Shown here piece after piece: positions 10,226 to 23,833 of a stretch of DNA of 36,333 nt. The stretch is taken from the NCBI GenBank assembly GCA_024626585.2, contig JANKJI020000002.1, forward strand, positions 167,183,578 through 167,219,910, read 5' to 3'. The notes under the pieces are model-generated. The model saw only the letters and a list, made by a program, of their open reading frames with translations, was not told where the DNA came from and did no database searches. Numbering within the stretch: the stretch's first letter is position 1; the number at the start of each line of letters is the position of its first letter. Origin of the DNA: Ginkgo biloba (Eukaryota; Plantae; Ginkgophyta). A program made the position numbers and the translations under genes.

Positions 10226-11600
10226 TGTCATAGAAAATATGTTGCCTTCCACAAAAGGATAGATGTGTGAAAATCTAAGAGTAAACATAATGCAAGGTTG
10301 ATGGACAATAATATTGGNNNNNNNNNNNNNNNNNNNNNNNNNNNNNNNNNNNNNNNNNNNNNNNNNNNNNNNNNNNNNNNNNNNNNNNNNNNNNNNNNNN
10401 NNNNNNNNNNNNNNNNNTCTCCACATCGAAAATCTCCCAAATAACAACCAATGAATAGTTCTTCTCCACAATAAAAAAATCCTATAGCTCATAGGTCTAA
10501 TCTTAGCTAACCAAGCACTAACCCTTTGGATGCATAATCTATTATAAATAAAGTTTCAAATTAGACTAGAGATTTACTAACCAAGCGTACAAAAAAAAAT
10601 CCTCAATTGGTCATAAATGTATCAACTATAGATACACATGTGGTTATTGTGCCTACATAATAAATTTAAGGGAATCCTCTCCCACTTAGATGTATCCCCT
10701 TACCCTAAAATAATCCTCCTTTGGGAGGAAATAAACCTCTTTATGTCACTCCTCCTATGGTTGGAGGTAATATTATACCTATTGTGTGACAAGGGAATGC
10801 TCCTCCTTTTATTAATCTTATGGACAATCCAATAGGGGAGATTCCATCATTTATGAATCTACCACCTATAATGCCTTCTAGAGTATCCACTCAAGTACCT
10901 CCAACATAACCTACTTTCCCTCAGTTTTGTAATTCTTCTCCTTATCAAGGTGGTCAATAAACTATTCTTCCTCCTTATCAAGTAGGTCAACAAACTATTC
11001 CTCCTCATCAAAAAGGATAACAAATTATTCAACCTCCTTCTTCGAGAGATTACCAATTCCCCTCACATCATCAAGGAGGTCAACAATCAAATCTAAGTCT
11101 TATGAGAAAATAGGTTCTTTTTAATTTATGAGAAGACCAACAACCATCCACCCCTCCTCATCATGGAGGGAAATAAATTCCTGCCCAAGGAAACCAACCA
11201 ACTATTACTCCTCTACATTTAGGAGCCCAACAAAATTTACATATTGGACAAATATCCTTTCAGACATTGGTACCTCCTTATACCAATGTGTAACAAATGG
11301 CTTCATCCATGCCACATGGTTTTACTCAACAATAGTCCATTCCATAATATAATNNNNNNNNNNNNNNNNNNNNNNNNNNNNNNNNNNNNNNNNNNNNNNN
11401 NNNNNNNNNNNNNNNNNACAATCAATGCAACAAGGGTTCTCACAAATTTCTTTTCAACAATTAGCATATACTCCAAAGTATCAACATATGCCAAACCAAT
11501 ATAGACTTATCAAACTCAAGGATAAATATCTCAACAGGCACCATTGCAATAATCCCAAGCATATTCAAGTAATTAGACTATACATGCTCTTATTTTAATT
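10226..11600 (+). mobile_element. Decayed Ty3/gypsy-like fragment: Pro/Gln/Gly-rich gag N-terminal region
   Basis: Repeats of CCTCCTTATCAAGG(T/A)GGTCAACAA (PPYQGGQQ) at ~10937-11090, with GGNPP-like tracts and many C-to-T stops. Begins where the duplication homology ends. Confidence 0.5.
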
Positions 11601-11747
11601 AAAGTTCAACATGACACTTGTGTATCANNNNNNNNNNNNNNNNNNNNNNNNNNNNNNNNNNNNNNNNNNNNNNNNNNNNNNNNNNNNNNNNNNNNNNNNN
11701 NNNNNNNNNNNNNNNNNNNNNNNNNNNGGTTAACTTAGCCCTAAAAT

Positions 11748-12065
11748 CCTTCTTTAAGGATGAAATTCTCCTTAGATAGGTGGCATTAGGCTTTGAGGTA
11801 GATTTTTGTCCCTTCTGAAGTTATTTTCGTGTATCTTAAGAGTCATACCATCATAATTGGTCAATGTCTTTAAAATTAACATTCTAGTTTCATAATTAAG
11901 CTCTCTCTTAGAGCCGTCTTTATCAATTAAGGGCCATTTACCTTTAAGAGGCCTAATTAATGTGTTTAGGGTCCATTTTTCTTAGTTCACTTAGTCATTG
12001 ACCCACTATGCCTCTTTGGCCACGGTTGACTAGGATATAATAGGATGCTCATTGTGTTGCCTATG
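11748..12065 (+). mobile_element. Probable LTR fragment
   Basis: LTR-like composition with GGATATAAATAGG (~12033) just upstream of a gag fragment. Termini not visible. Confidence 0.35.
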
Positions 12066-12091
12066 TAGCTACCAAAAACCAATTGATTGTA

Positions 12092-13260
12092 GATTGGGAG
12101 GAGCTAAAAAGGAAGGTCCATGAAAGATTCTATCCAAGTGATAACTTGTATAACTTGAAGAAGTGGCACCAATTGCAACAAGAAAGGGTCCAAAGTATCC
12201 AATAGTACAATAGTACCTTCCTTTAACTCAACATTAGACTGGATAGGGAAGATACCAAGAAAGAAAAGATCTTGAAGTTTGTTAGTGGATTATTTTCCTC
12301 CATATAACATGAGTTGGAATTTGTGGATATTCTGACCTTAAATAAAGCCTTTTACTTTTGCCTTGAAATTTGAAGCAAGAGTATAAAGGAGAATTCCATC
12401 TCTTCATCAAGGAACTTCTAAAAAATCAAAGGGAAATATTCAAACAACAATTCCAAAGGGAATCCCCCTAGACGTAAAATTTCTTCTAACAATTCTATAA
12501 GTGAAAAGTATTACGAGTTTCATATAGTTTTTTATCATAGTATAGAAGATTGTTGGTCTTACAAGAAGTAGCAAAAGATAGAAGCAAAGTCCTTAGTGGT
12601 GAATAAGGAAGAAGAAGAATCTAACATTGCTAAACTTAATGGATAGATGATAGTGGATTTGAACCTTACTCTTGTGGCTTCTTCCATGATGAAAGAGGAA
12701 CAAGAGAGCTTACTCATTCAAAGAGCTCAACTAAAGGCCCAATTGGTCAATGTAATATTTGGCAATGGGAGGGTGAAAAAACTCATTTCTACTTTTACTA
12801 TGGATGCTCTCCAACTTCCTATAAAGAATCATCCATCTTCTTACACATTGGATTGGACTCATTCGAAATGGTAGAAGACAAAGGTCATTTGCACTATCAA
12901 GTTTGCAATTAATTCATACATTGATANNNNNNNNNNNNNNNNNNNNNNNNNNNNNNNNNNNNNNNNNNNNNNNNNNNNNNNNNNNNNNNNNNNNNNNNNN
13001 NNNNNNNNNNNNNNNNNNNNNNNNNNTAGAAGACAAAGGTCATTTGCACTATCAAGTTTGCAATTAATTCATACATTGATACAATTACTTGTGATGTAAT
13101 AAATATGGATTTTTATGATATTCTTTTCAATATGATAAACCTTGCCAGTATGACAGGTATACATAATTAAACACTCCAACCAATGCCTACACTTTATAGA
13201 AAGATGGAAAACTTTATTGTCTGCATTCTCTCCCTCATGAGAGAAAATCACAACTTGCTA
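12092..13260 (+). mobile_element. Ty3/gypsy gag, zinc knuckle and aspartic protease pseudogene
   Basis: DWEELKRKVHERFYP..KWHQLQQERVQSIQ*YNSTF..KFVSGL (Retrotrans_gag-like); KYYEFH..HSIEDCWS (decayed CCHC); VNVIFGNGRVKKLIS..LPIKNHPSSYTLDW and CTIKFAINSYIDTITCDVINMDFYDIL (protease with the catalytic D lost). Confidence 0.9.
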
Positions 13261-15149
13261 TGCACTCAACACCAAAATTATTTATGAGTTCGTTCATGTA
13301 CATGAGCTTGCTCCTATCACACACATTTCCAATGGATATCCATGTAGACCATAAGATAAATATGGCATCTACCCTTCCACCTTCTTCACATTAACAAACT
13401 TGGGATAAGGGCATTGAAGATCAAGTTCTTCCTCAAAAAAATCACATTCCCAAAACTTTGGATCTTCTACTACAAAGGGGGGCATAACTTGTCTTCTTAT
13501 GGTTCCTTTCTCTCAACTTTCAAGAAAAATCCATTCAATGCCTTTCATATTTTATCATAATCGGAGGGAAAAGACATGCCTCTCTTCACATGGGCATACT
13601 CCACCTCCAAGTCATATCTCTCATTTGAAGCATCCATCTTCATCAAATTCACTTGGGATTCTTAATATACACTTATCTCCTCCATGTGCACTTGGGGTCT
13701 ACCATACCAGTTTGAGTTGTATTAGGGATTGCCATAATTTAAGCAAGGAGGGATTGATATGTCTTGCATCTAGATTTGGAATTTTGCTTGCATGCCATAT
13801 CGATAAATGAANNNNNNNNNNNNNNNNNNNNNNNNNNNNNNNNNNNNNNNNNNNNNNNNNNNNNNNNNNNNNNNNNNNNNNNNNNNNNNNNNNNNNNNNN
13901 NNNNNNNNNNNNNNNNNNNNNNNNNNNNNNNNNNNNNNTTTTTAGCTTGTCAAATAATCATAGAAAGTGTCATAGTTATGATTATATGTACTATTTCTAG
14001 ACTATGATTTTCCTATAAATCCATGTAATCAGTTCATTCTCAATAATAATTACATTAAGAGACAATTAATTCAAAGAGTCAAAACTGAGTTTTGAATTTC
14101 AAGTAACTTTGAAGTTGCATCTTGTGAGCCATAAAATATTTACAGATTCTATTGATTGTCACAATCTCTCAAATCATAGAGNNNNNNNNNNNNNNNNNNN
14201 NNNNNNNNNNNNNNNNNNNNNNNNNNNNNNNNNNNNNNNNNNNNNNNNNNNNNNNNNNNNNNNNNNNNNNNNNNNNNNNNNTTAACTTAATGGAAATAGT
14301 TACACTTTACCACTTTTTTTATTAGTTGGGATAAAAATACAAGTTATTCATACTTAGATTTGTTGTCACTACGCAGTAAGGAATTATCCAAATCCCCCCA
14401 AATTGTCACCATCCTTGGTCGCTAGCTTTTAAGAGTCATTATTATGTAGGACTTATTTTTTAAATAATAAAATTAAATAATAAGGTTTCTTATTAGTACT
14501 TATTATAGGCAAGTTATTATAGCAATGGTTGTTTAATTAGTTATTTTGCTTTAACTAATGATTTTTATTTTATTTTTATATGAATTTAAAATTTCAATGT
14601 TTGACAATTTTATTTATATTTTTTATTTATTTTAAATTATTTTAAAATTATTATTATTGTTATTTATTCGCTCGGAGGTGGTGATGATGTACCTTCTTGG
14701 TGTTGGAGAGTTTGTCAAAGTAGTACAAAAGTGATTAGATCAAACTACAAGGGAGTAATTTGATTCTATCAACTTTAGTCTCTTCAAAATGATGAAACTC
14801 AATTGTCTGTGAAGTTTTAGAATCTAACTATGCATGATTTTTTAGAAAATGAGCACCATGTTTCTACGTGCTCTTTAAAACTTTACTGTGTTGGCACGTG
14901 TTCATGGGGCATGCACAAACACGATATTGTGCTTCTATGGTGCACTTCCATGGTACAAACAAAAAAGTAGAGAATGTAAAATTATTTGCCTAGCATAATG
15001 GGTCACTTGCATGAATCCCAAGACCCATCGCATAATTTACCTACAAACTCTATCACAATAACTTGCAAATATTTTATATGTTGTTGAATGATTTTAAAGA
15101 GTTATAAATATCTAATCTATCAACATCAATCTCAAAGCTGACAATCAAA

Positions 15150-16700
15150 TAATCAAGCATAAAACCCTCACAAGAAAATATTGGACATAAGAATAACTCT
15201 TCTCTATTCATTAATTCATAAATAATAAAAGTGATAAGAATGAGCTTGGGAATACACGCTAGCTCTCTTTTATAGGTTACAAGAGCTAGGTTTATAATAG
15301 TAACCTTAGAGAAAGATTCGATGCAATNNNNNNNNNNNNNNNNNNNNNNNNNNNNNNNNNNNNNNNNNNNNNNNNNNNNNNNNNNNNNNNNNNNNNNNNN
15401 NNNNNNNNNNNNNNNNNNNNNNNNNNNAGTCAAACTTTCATATTAGCATTTATAGATCCATAAAGGTATTTTAATTACATGTGCTTAGATGAAGAAATGA
15501 CTATTGATAACGATACCATTAGTAAAACACTCTCTTCTTGGGTAACCTACATTATAGTAATTTATGATCTTAATAAAAAAATATCTTATAAAGATATTGA
15601 TCTAATAACAAAATATTATTAAAGCATATACCTCTATGATCCCATATTTTCAAGTGAAAAGTGATGTATCTTTTCCAAATAAAGCCTTAAAATTATATCA
15701 AACTAATGTTACAAATTGTTTCTCCACCTTAAATTAGCACCCTTATATGATAAGAATGTTTGATAACATTCTTATTTAGGTTGAGGATATTGTATAGTAG
15801 AAGGTTATTTTGTACACCTTTAGTTATAATAAGGGTGTAAAAAATAAGAATGATAGTTCTCATCGTACTATATTATTATTGGAGAAAAAATACTTTTCAT
15901 TTTATGTGTAACTATTAATTTAACTACAATGAGACATCCTAAATATAATGCCATATGTTCTTTCTAAATTTTCTTAATATTTTTCATATTAGAGATCTAT
16001 GCCAATGGTTATTCCTTTAAGTTTTCTTTTTTACAAAGTTTTAATTACCATTAAATGGATTTCTCATCCCTATACCATGCACTCCCCTTAAAATGTAAGG
16101 ATAATAATAGAATTTTAATCTCTTTTCCTTTCCATTCTCTTTGCAAGCACACGTGTATGAAATAGTATAAGGATTACATTATAACATACTTACTTGATTA
16201 GAGCTAGTTTCTAATGGTGAAGTTGTAAGTGTTGTAAATAATAAAATAATGTGTGATGATCTATATTCTTAAAGTTGTTAAACTATTATTTTCATACACT
16301 AAAAATAATCTACTGAAATATTATCAACATTGCAAATTACTCAACATTGAATATGATCTCTAAATAGAAATAGTAACATGACTATAATAGATAATGCATT
16401 ACATAATAGAAATGATTGAAGCTTTATTTCATTAATTTCAATGAAATAAGTATAAGAGACCATAGAGAGTTTGTTATACACTCAATCCTATCTCAACCAA
16501 ACTTCATTATCTATTATGCTCTTTAATATACCTAAACCACAGGGTTAGGCATACTATTAGTTTTATTAATAACACCATTAATGTAGAGTCTCTCTAAAAT
16601 TTTTGTAACCTATAGACTATAGTATATTTAATAGATCCTTAGTATTATAGGATAATCATCCTAAACATTTATATTTAGTATAAGATTTGATTCTTTTAAA
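15150..16700 (+). mobile_element. Highly degenerate LINE ORF2, RTE/RTEX-like
   Basis: KSDKNELGNTR*LSFIGYKS*VYNSNLRERF (from 15227; cf KGDK...NYRPISL....K.Y...L..RL), QTFILAFIDP*RYFNYM (from 15431; cf LY.AFIDF.KAFD), MFDNILI*VED (from 15756; cf FADDIVL), QSYL (16483) and ESL*NFCNL (from 16586; cf the C-terminal R.C..C zinc finger). Confidence 0.6.
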
Positions 16701-17839
16701 TATATCTTTGTCTTATGATTCCTTATTGGAGTTGGTTGCTAGGTCTACTATAGTTGATATAAGAGAATAAGCTCCTTCAAAGAATCATTTCTTTTGATAA
16801 TTAATTTTGATTTGTATTCTATATTTAAATTTATTTTCTTCTATCGTTCATCGTCTAGCTTTCATTTTCTTCCCTTTCCCATCTTCCATCTTCCATCACT
16901 CATCGTCTACCTTTCATTTTCTACCCTTCATTATTTGCATTCCAATTTCTCTACCTTATTGATTTCTACCCTTCATTGTCCTCCTACCATTACCTGTCCT
17001 CTGGATGCATTGGCTATAGCTTAGCAAATGACTTCATATGCAATTATTATTCTCTAAATTTATGATGACATAAATTGCAATTCAATGGAGACGTTTTAAC
17101 TATAGAGTTGTTTGTTAAGTGACACCACTTGTAATATTTAATTTTTTGTTTCTAAGGTTAAATTTAATTGGAATTATTTTAAAAGAGTATTTTTTTTAAT
17201 TAATAAAAGAGACTATAAAGCATGGAGTTTTATTTTTTAGATGCAATAATAGTTTGTCACATAAAGCACATATAAAATTTAGGTGCAAGTTTAGAAAAAA
17301 TGATAATGGCATCATTATTGGATAAGAATAGTATGGAAGAATCTAAAGTTGTGGATCCTAAAATAAAGAATGCAATAGCAAAAAATCTTAAGGATTCAAT
17401 GGAAATTTTTTCTAAGACATTTTTATTAAATTGGATATCAAGGTATACAATCATTTGCATAAGCTGCCCAATAAATAAATTAATTTTGAAAAGATCTATA
17501 ACATAAGAGAATGGTTTAAAATTATATAAATAAATAACTCAAGAATGAAGACACAAGTCCAAAAGAGAAACAATATATGACTATAATAAAAAAGCCTACT
17601 AAATATTAATAAAAATCTATTTATAACTAAAGGTCACCTTTAGGCTCTAAAAGGGTACCTCAAAACTATATATAAATATAAAACCCTCACTATAATCATC
17701 AAATATAATTATTACTTATTATTTTCTCATTATTAAGAAAGAATATTTGATCAAGGGGAGGAAAGTGCACCCCAAACTCTTATTTAACTCTTTGTATATC
17801 ATTTTTAGGTAAGGATTTATTCAAATGTTTACATTATGA

Positions 17840-17883
17840 GTGTGTGTGTGTGTGTGTGTGCGAGCGCGTGCGCATGCACGCAC
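17840..17883. repeat. (TG)10 microsatellite extended by a near-alternating GC-rich tract
   Basis: G(TG)10 followed by CGAGCGCGTGCGCATGCACGCAC. Confidence 0.95.
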
Positions 17884-19325
17884 TATAGATAACATGTCTT
17901 TATAACTTCAACCAACCTTCACCATTTACATTTAATATTTACATAAATTTATATAATTCATACTCTTATACCATTTCTTTTTAGTGTAGAGTCAATATTT
18001 CCTTTTTGCTTCTCAACCTTTAAAGTTCTACTTAGAATCTTTAAATCATATGATAATCTTGCATAATCTTTCTTATCCTTCATAGATTTAGGCAAATTAG
18101 CCAAGATTCAAGAAATCTTTATGAATTTTGGCCTCTTTTCATGCTGACTCAATAATTCTATATTTAATCTTTAAATCCTACTCTCTCTTTAAGTTTATGG
18201 ATTTCTAAAAGCATTATTTCTAGTTCCTTCCAACAATCCTTTGTTACTTCACATCTGTTTTGAGAAGACTTAACTTCCTACCTTATATGACCTTCAATCA
18301 TTATCAAAATTACAAAATTACATCAAGTTTGAGATGAAGTTATATCAATCTAACTAGCTTCAGCTCTATTTCAATACAAACCTATAAATTAAAAATTTAG
18401 ACTTCTTGTGTCTATGAATGAATGAAGGCTTTGATGTATGACCAATGGAGGCTGGAAAATGACCATAAGGCTTTGATGAATGACCTAAGGAGATCATCCA
18501 AATAACTAACATATGAATATTATGGATTGATTTTTGAAATGATTCTCCCTTAGTATTAGGAATCCCATGGTATCATTTATATTTTTTATTATTTTTCTCT
18601 TTGAACCTTGAGTGATTGAACTTCTCAAGGAATTTTTATGGTCCTCCTTTTATTTCTTCCAATGTTTGCTTGGTTTACTATCATATCAGGCTAGGNNNNN
18701 NNNNNNNNNNNNNNNNNNNNNNNNNNNNNNNNNNNNNNNNNNNNNNNNNNNNNNNNNNNNNNNNNNNNNNNNNNNNNNNNNNNNNNNNNNNNNNNGTGTT
18801 TAGAACATTTATTCATAGCATATTCTAAGGTTGGTTAATTTAAGGAGCTATTACATAGCATTAGATGACTCACAAATGTTTCATGTGTGTTGTTTACTAT
18901 ACAATAATGATTTATTTGCCATATATTATTTAGTTGGTAACTAGATTTTGTTGGTTCATGTCAATAGTTAAATTTTTTCTTGTAATGTTCTTTTAGCTAT
19001 ACACCAACCTTATGTTTGAGCTTCAGTTTTATACACCGAAACATGATTCAATTATTAGTCACTTCATTGCACATCATAAGTTATATAAAAATTTAAGTTG
19101 GCATATGTACCCATTAATTATTTTATTAGTCACTTCATCGCATATCATAAGTACCAATGCTCACTTAACTATTTGAATGCACAATATAAATTTAGTACTA
19201 ATACTAATATTATTTTGCTGATATTATGTAATTCATATTGTTTAATATTTTTTTAACGTTAGGTTCTAGATTATTAAATATCTATTATGCCATTAAAATA
19301 TAATATTTGTGTTAAAAGTAAATGT

Positions 19326-19497
19326 TATTATGACACACCTAAATGAATCAAATTATAAATCTACATAGATTATTTTTATTAATACTATAATTAAAACATA
19401 AAAGGCCATTAATTTGATCCATGTCTTCTCTATTAAATTGAAAAATGTTGTGTTGATTACAAATAGACAAGTTTTTTAATAATTATAGCTTATACTT
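19326..19497 (+). repeat. 172-bp direct repeat, copy 1 (copy 2 at 20668-20839)
   Basis: TATTATGACACACCTAAATGAATCAAATTATAAATCTA...TTATACTT occurs twice, about 90% identical by eye. Confidence 0.92.
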
Positions 19498-19559
19498 ATT
19501 ATATCTGAATTATTATTCCTCTATTAAGATCAACTTATCTATAAATTATTTAACTATGT

Positions 19560-20500
19560 TGGTCCTTACCTATGGAAGATAATTACCACCATGATCAAAG
19601 AGTTGACCATAATCAAGAGGGAAAAAAGAGAAAGTGTTAAATACTATACATCAAGGCATGATATCATTTTATATTCTATTCATTATAATTCTAGGTCGAC
19701 TGCTGAGGTTAAATAATAATGGTTCCTAGAGGGATTGGACCTAGAAATGCGATATGCAGTAGAAGATAAGATACCTATTGAATTGGAAGCTACAAAGAGG
19801 ATGAAACTTTCCATTGAAGAAATATTGATAAAGGTTGGTAAAAGTAAACCTTTTCTCTTTTTTTTCCCTAAAGAAGAAAGTGGTTTGGGCTTAGCTATTA
19901 CTAATCATTAGAACTAGGCCCTATGAAGAAAAATGAATAATGATATCATATCGTTGAAGAGATAGATGAGGGAACAAGGCAATGTGATAGTTATCTTCCT
20001 ATAGTGACCTAAGGAGGAAACATCCTACTCTAATAATGAAGTGTCTTATAAAGACTATGATGAAATCACCATAATTGAGTAAGAGATTAGATACAAATTT
20101 TTGTATGGATAGGGGTCACACATTGATGATGTGATAATATATTTGGACCTACTAAGTTATGGAGAGGAAGACCTTGATCCCAAGAAAGAAGACCTTGTGG
20201 TGAGAACTAGGTCTCAAGTTGCTAAAGAAAAGGGTAAGGTCATTTAGACGTAAAGGTATGACCCCCTTGACCACCCAATCTCTTCTAAGTCTATTATGAA
20301 TCCCCTTGTATCCCAAATTAACCATCCCCATAAAATGGCCTAGAATTTGAAGTCTCCCCTCACTTTGAATTCATTTCTCCCCACTAGAAATGCTTCATAC
20401 CTCCAATATTATAACATTATAAATTATATATGGAAGCACCTAAATATAATAAGACTCTATTAGGCTATGAAGTTATCCCAATAGAGATAAATAATGATGG
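19560..20500 (+). mobile_element. Ty3/gypsy (Tat-like) gag fragment
   Basis: MIKELTIIKREKRESVKYYTSRHD..WFLEGLDLEMRYAVEDKIPIELEATKRMKLSIEEILIKVGK (19591-19850), then VVRTRSQVAKEKGK and YNIINYIWKHLNIIRLY (cf YN.VEDLKK..ANISL). Confidence 0.75.
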
Positions 20501-20667
20501 AATCACTATAGATATATGAAACATAACATGATATAATAGTGAGAGAAGAATTTTTAGTATACACCATNNNNNNNNNNNNNNNNNNNNNNNNNNNNNNNNN
20601 NNNNNNNNNNNNNNNNNNNNNNNNNNNNNNNNNNNNNNNNNNNNNNNNNNNNNNNNNNNNNNNNNNN

Positions 20668-20839
20668 TATTATGACACACCTAAATGAATCAAATTATAA
20701 ATCTATATAGATTATTTTTATTAATACTATAATTAGAACATACAAGGCCATTTATTTGATCTATGTCTTCTCTATTAAATTAAAAAAAGTTGTACCGATT
20801 ACTAATTGACAAGTTTTTTAATAATTGTAGATTATACTT
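20668..20839 (+). repeat. 172-bp direct repeat, copy 2
   Basis: Matches 19326-19497; left edge hidden by a gap. Confidence 0.92.
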
Positions 20840-21164
20840 CTTTTTTATTAGATGGATGAATATGCATGAATGTTGTTGTTTCTTATTTTTAGAGTTGTCA
20901 CAATGCTCCAAGGTAGTATCCTTAACCTTTCTATATCAATGTCTCAATATCATAAGAAGTAAACATTATAACATTGTAATGTATAGGTGTGTATTTTTCC
21001 ATATAAATACTTTGGTACTATAATAACACTTATTATTTTATTTCNNNNNNNNNNNNNNNNNNNNNNNNNNNNNNNNNNNNNNNNNNNNNNNNNNNNNNNN
21101 NNNNNNNNNATCTTACGCACTGTAATTCTGGCAAAACCACCTAAATTGAGGTATTTTGAATATC

Positions 21165-21540
21165 TCGATCAAGCTATGTGAAAAAACTAAACCTCCATTG
21201 TTAACCTTGATTGAGCTATCTAAGGATATAAACCTACACTCGATTGATCTATTTTGAACTCATGGTCCAAGCTCTATTGAGGACATTCATAGCTTGATCA
21301 ATTTATTTTTGACTCATAGACCAAAACTCTATTGAGGACATTAATAGCTTGATCGATCTATATTAGAGTTACAAACCTAGGAATCAAGGATTCTCATAGC
21401 ATGATCAAGCTGTCTTGGACTTATGAACCTAATATTGATCAAGGAATTTCATAGCATGATCAATATATCTTGGCAGCACCAAACCTATGAACATGGCCTT
21501 GATCGGGGTAGTGAACAATCTTGATCAAGCTGTCCGTCGC
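21165..21540. repeat. Degenerate ~52-55-bp tandem repeat (TAGC(T/A)TGATC core), probably a TE-internal subrepeat
   Basis: Core at 21290, 21345, 21397 and 21452, with weaker TTGATC/CGATC units on both sides. Confidence 0.8.
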
Positions 21541-23400
21541 TTAGTGATGTGGGGTGTATATATCTAGAATGAGGTATGGCATTATACTCATTATGGAGAA
21601 TACCTAAAATGAGGCATCCATTGATCTAACAACTAGGCAACATAGTTTTTTCAACTAGATGACATTGCATTAACTCGATTGAGGTATCTATCCATNNNNN
21701 NNNNNNNNNNNNNNNNNNNNNNNNNNNNNNNNNNNNNNNNNNNNNNNNNNNNNNNNNNNNNNNNNNNNNNNNNNNNNNNNNNNNNNNNNNNNNNNATAAG
21801 TTAATGGTTTTATTAAAAATTTTGATTACTTTTTCCTAAATATTTTTTTCATTAGCATTTAATTTTTATAAAATTTTAAAAGGATATTTATAAGGGGTAG
21901 AAAACTATAAGTTATTTTAGATACAATTATAGAAATTCAATACACTTTCAAGTTATTTCATGCCATTGAAAAAAGGGCTCAATAGATTTTATAAAAGTCA
22001 TAAAACTCTTCTAATTGTCAAAAATAAAAGGAGGACATTTTATAACATGATGAAGTACAAAATCATTTATTCAATTACAACATATTATTTTTAGGCCATA
22101 TCTTTGCACTGATACAACAAATATTTTTAAGAAATTCATAGAATCCTATATATGATCATTAAAATTTATCTCCTATATATATAAATTCCTAAACTTTGTC
22201 TTTCATGATGCCATTACTACTTGAAATGTTGATTGAATGAAGTATGAATGTTCTCAACAATTTACACTTACTCATATCCTATATTTTAACAGATAAAATT
22301 CTATCTTTTATTGAGTATTAGGAAGACCCTACGTGTATTATTTAAAATGTAGAATACATGAGTTTTATTTAAGTTGATTATTATCATTACATTTTTCTTT
22401 GATTCACCATTATGAAAAAATGCATAGTTTGTAAAGGACGTATAATTCACAAATAATATAAGATACACACTTTGTTTGAATGAGTTGTTAGCCTATCTAA
22501 ATTTTGTAATGATTATGTTCAAATGATGGATAATATAAAAATCACTTATGTTAGACAAATTAGTGTATGATTGCTACTTACAAAAATATACATATCTCTT
22601 TTTGTGTGTGAACTTGCTCTTTTGGTTTTTTATGGACATTATCATTTATATATTTTTCATAGTGGTATGTATTATATAAAATCTATTTTCTTAGATCCAC
22701 TTACATAAATATTAAAATATATGGTCTCACATTGAAGTTAGGATAGGAGAGGAAGAAATTATATATGGTCACATCAATCGATCCCTACCCATGCTTCGCT
22801 TTAAGGTGGTCATATGGGTTGTAAGAAATATGACATAATGTTCCATGGTAATGTTACATTCAATGTTCCAAAATTCCACTTAATGCTTATACAACATGAG
22901 CTATGATCTATGATTCCATGAACACCATCATGATGATGCATCTATTTTGAACAATTTATCAAGCCTGTCATGCAATTTTTCTCAACTACTATATTTTTGA
23001 GATATTTTCTTTGTTCAAGTTAGTAGCTTGTGCAATGTTCATTATTTTCTACCAAAATTTTAATAGATACTCTTTGTTGGAGTCAGAGATTGAGTCTTTC
23101 TACCAAATTATTTGAAAATTGTTGTTCGTTAGAGCTTTGTGTTAAAATAAAAAGTATTTTTCCACTATCTTTTCTCACCATGAATCTTTTCTCTTCTATA
23201 TAATGGATTAACAGAGTCACTCTTTTGATAATACCCAACAAAATAAACAACAACCAACATTCAAAAAATATCTTTGACAAACCTTTATCATAATGATTTA
23301 CATCCTCTCATATTACTTACACATTCATGCCCTATTAAAAATTAACCAAATATCGTTCCTGAAATAAATACTCTTTCTTATTCATAAGAAAATACTTAAG

Positions 23401-23833
23401 GGGGTTATGTAGAACCATGTCCCTCATGTTCCTATTTAGGAGATAATGGCATAATTATTTTAATGCATCAATTAGAGAATAAAAATAATTTTCCATAATG
23501 GAATGATTTATTTAGTGCCCTGTGAGAGTCTTACTTATGTAATAAATTGAGCATTCCTTATTGTCTCCATCCTCTTGCATTATAACAACTAATATCAAAC
23601 TCTGTGAGGTATAAATATATATTATAAAATATTCTAAGAAATTAAGTGGATACAGTATGATTGTTGTGGTAAGAGATAATTTGAGCTCTTCAAAGTCACT
23701 TTTATGCTTATAATGCCACTCTAAAGACGCATTCCTCCCAAGAATATAAAGTAACCCTGATGTGCCATCCTAACCAAGGAGGATCTAGAGTTTGGTTCTA
23801 TGGAGTCAAGCCTATTGGGGGCTATGACCAAAG
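23401..23833 (+). mobile_element. PPT plus LTR-like fragment inserted in duplication copy B
   Basis: (AAG)GGGGTTA followed by TGTAGAACC at 23408; GGTATAAATA at ~23608. Absent from copy A. Right end lies in a gap. Confidence 0.5.

Larger units (their letters stand above)
7550..10228 (+). repeat. Segmental duplication, copy A (homologous to 21797-25427)
   Basis: Colinear matches by eye: 7553~21799, 8075~22325, 8100~22972, 8433~23306, 8537~23934, 8608~24020, 9410~24598, 10218~25418. Diverged, roughly 80-85% by eye (not computed). Confidence 0.92.

Noticed and set aside
10226-11616. TGTCA...TGACA as solo-LTR termini
   Set aside because: The interior is gag-like coding sequence and the flanks give no convincing TSD.
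14367-14380. CACTAC as a CACTA transposon terminus
   Set aside because: No matching inverted terminus with a 3-bp TSD was identified.
21165-21540. CRISPR-like repeat-spacer array
   Set aside because: The inter-core segments are homologous to each other, the context is eukaryotic, and there are no cas genes.
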